Positions 61,541-64,000 of a DNA stretch of 64,000 nt are shown here, piece by piece (position 1 is the first letter of the stretch; each line of letters begins with the position of its first letter). The position numbers and the translations under genes were made by a program. The notes beneath the pieces are model-generated. The model worked only from the letters and a program-made list of their open reading frames with translations. It searched no databases and was not told the DNA's origin. This stretch comes from Xylographa opegraphella (Eukaryota), in the NCBI GenBank assembly GCA_022813865.1, contig JALDZX010000016.1, positions 1-64,000 on the forward strand. The letters run 5' to 3'.

Positions 61541-64000
61541 CTAATAGAGCTTGTTCGGCTTCCAAAATCCCACCGGAAGTGCATCCACTTCTCCGCATTG
61601 AGCATTTTGCATGGTTGCGCATTCACCATTCAATTGGCTTCCTCGGGTCGGAGGATTCAAGGACCCTAGCTCGTCTGCGCAGCCTTGAATACTCGACAGA
61701 AGTGTGGCACTCGAAAGGAGAGGAGCGAGAAATGCTGGTATTGCGGAGTGTTCATGATCTCCATAATAATCTCTGGAAGCAGGTCCAATGGTAGCGTCGC
61801 ACTGAGTCTCGAACCCACTGGGCCAGTCTCTTTCGACAGAAGCCCAGTAATTGCCTGGCGTACCAGGAAAAGAAGGTGAAAATACGGACTCTCTAACATG
61901 ATGCGGATCATCAAGCTTCGCATCTACCAGCTGAGAATGAGTAGGATGTTCTAGTGGCACAAGGTCTTGACTCATGCTGTCCTCTCCAATGAAGTGGTTT
62001 GCGAAATCAAGACGCTCATTTGCTCTATTGTTCAAAAGATGCCGGTGAGAATGCGAAGCACTCCAAGGCAGCTGTTGCTCATATAATGATTCTGTGCCTC
62101 GGCAGGTACTGTAGCTCGAGTCTTGGAATGGGGAGTAGGCGGAAGCACGATCCCGCGTCTTCCTTGGATCTGTCCAGCTGTATTGGCTCTTGGCAGCTGA
62201 TCCTCTGGAGACAACCGAAGTCGGTCTCACAATTTTGGGTGCCTCAACTGAACAGTGATTATCCACGATAGTAATAGGAGATGGTATTGGCACTTTCTTG
62301 AAGTCGACGTCTTCGATAACTTGAGGATGATCTTCGAAAATGGACTCTGGTTGAATGTCCGTTGTTTGCGGGACTGGCTGAAAGGTGCTCAAATTATCTG
62401 CAGTATTCATACCCAAGCTCGTAGCGGTGTATGGTTTCTGTAAACCATCGGCAAAAGTGATCGGAATTTTGATTTTGTCTTTCCACTGGTCGAGCAGCTC
62501 TTGAACGGCAATTGCGAATTGTAATTGAGGAGTCTGCTCCTTAGGAGACGTGGTTTCTACGGACTTTTCCTGGTTGCTCATAGAGTTATTCATAGGCAAG
62601 ACATGGTTCGTAGATAGCTCAGTGGGTTGCGCAGAATGGACAAAGTCCACGACCTGGGCTTTAGGAGCTATGTTGGGTAGCTCGGCTATGGTCACATCTT
62701 CATTGTGCGGACTAGCATTCTGATCCTGGTGGTTGTGATTATCCAATTGGACACTTTCTTCAACATTTTGTATATCAGATAGTGTATCCGCAACTGATGT
62801 GTTGGCCTCATGTATGGGAGTTCGGATACGTTTGTGCGGTCGTTCTATTTTGCGATGTCCAGCATGGTGCAGAACTGGTAATTCTGGAATTTGACACTTC
62901 TCTCGGTCCGCTTTCCCTGGTGAGCTTTTGAACAGGTCACTCACAGTTCGCTTGTGAGGAGATGATCTTTGATTGTTTGGGCTTGTCGACCACGGAAAGT
63001 AACTTGTTGCGATAGATGGGCTTTGGCGCAAAAGCTGTTTGGCTGGCGACATGCTGGCCTTATAATTACTCGATGGCCCTGGAGAGACAGGAGGTTGTGG
63101 TCCTCTTTCTCCAAACCCCAAGAATGGTCTGATTGGAGCCTTCGCAGGTGTGGTTGAGTTCGTAGCTGTAGAGTACCTGTGTAGCTTTCGGCTCGGTGAA
63201 CGTATTGGTGGAAGTGGAAACGCATAGCCGCTATTGTTATAACTGTTCAGATCTCGCTCAGTCAGAGAGGCCTTTGTTACGGCGAAAAATCGTGAGATTT
63301 CGTCGTCATTTTCAAGTGTATTGTGCTCCCTGTGTCGCTTGCTGTGGTCTGAGTCTCGCTTTGGCACCGGTGGCTTGTCTCTATGAGTACTTAGGAAGTT
63401 TATTTCGGAAAACGAAAGGTCCGGCACTGTCACTTGGTCAGTTCCCCAACATGAGCTGGGCTCCGTAAGATCTCACATCCTCCCCGTCTGTATGGTGACG
63501 ATGCGCGGCCTTTAGTGAAGAGGCCTAAACTTGTACCAGGTCTAAGCTAGCAAGCAGTCAGCGCAACTGACCAAGAACAAGAATCTACCTAGCTAAAAAA
63601 CCATCGCCGGGTGCGCCATACTGTAAGTCTGTCCGAGGAGACATTGTCTGCTGCAAAGTTGTGAAGTAATGCAGCACCAGTCTTTTCTTTTCGTGAAGGT
63701 CTCGTAGATTTCATCGTTTTCCTTTCCTTAGGTGCTTGAACATTTGTCACACCGTGTTTCAGCTCGTATCGGTCTTCCTTCGTCTTGTGCCGTGCCCTAC
63801 GTTCATACGACTTCGATGGTTTCGCGGGAGAAGAGGCTACCTGTGACATTGATGCATCTGAAATAGCTGAGGCTAGTATCGTCAATCCTCTTTTATCACC
63901 TCGAACCTTCGCGTCGCCGTCGGGAGAATGGCCACCTCTGTCATGCTGGTAGGCGGTATGGGCATCAGCGATGGCAGGCCCAAGGTAGGAACTTGAAGAG
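61541..64000 (-). CDS. 5'-truncated, mostly disordered protein with short conserved-looking motifs; candidate PRR19-like meiotic factor (exons >64000-63622, 63546-63477, 63426-61541)
   Basis: Canonical introns (75 and 50 nt) join YERRARHKTKEDRY...NVSSDRLT|LRPGTSLGLFTKGRASSP..|LPDLSFSEINFL to a long exon ending GFWKPNKLY*; frame stays open to the window edge. Gene existence is well supported; the family call is inference. Confidence 0.75.

Overview
Gene-dense, intron-containing DNA from a filamentous ascomycete (Pezizomycotina, judged from GT..CTRAC..YAG introns of 45-240 nt and the gene set). About 26 intact-looking protein-coding genes can be reconstructed. Most are recognisable housekeeping genes: TVP23, MSB1-like, CitE-like lyase, OPA3, polo kinase, an Mlh2-type MutL protein, GH16 glucanase, PFA4, a DHDPS-family aldolase, a D-2-hydroxyacid dehydrogenase, an AIG1-like protein, a C2H2 protein, a CMD protein, KEX2, a PhoD-like protein, WSS1, PTC7, a Gfo/Idh/MocA enzyme, OST2, ARO8, UTP23 and a tandem GFA protein. 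There is also an accessory, partly decayed block at 17-24 kb and a 33-N assembly gap. No rRNA, tRNA, CRISPR or intact transposon was seen. Top leads: (1) the spliced 'hypothetical' gene at the right edge carries four ordered motifs resembling the vertebrate meiotic crossover factor PRR19; (2) a three-exon gene fragmented in the ORF track looks like a Spo16/ERCC1-type protein and lies within 9 kb of CDC5 and MLH2; (3) a candidate 309-nt exitron encodes a Cys/His motif in the PhoD-like gene; (4) recurrent GC-rich islands share a C-to-G skew flip. All homology calls rest on motif recognition from memory; no searches were run.
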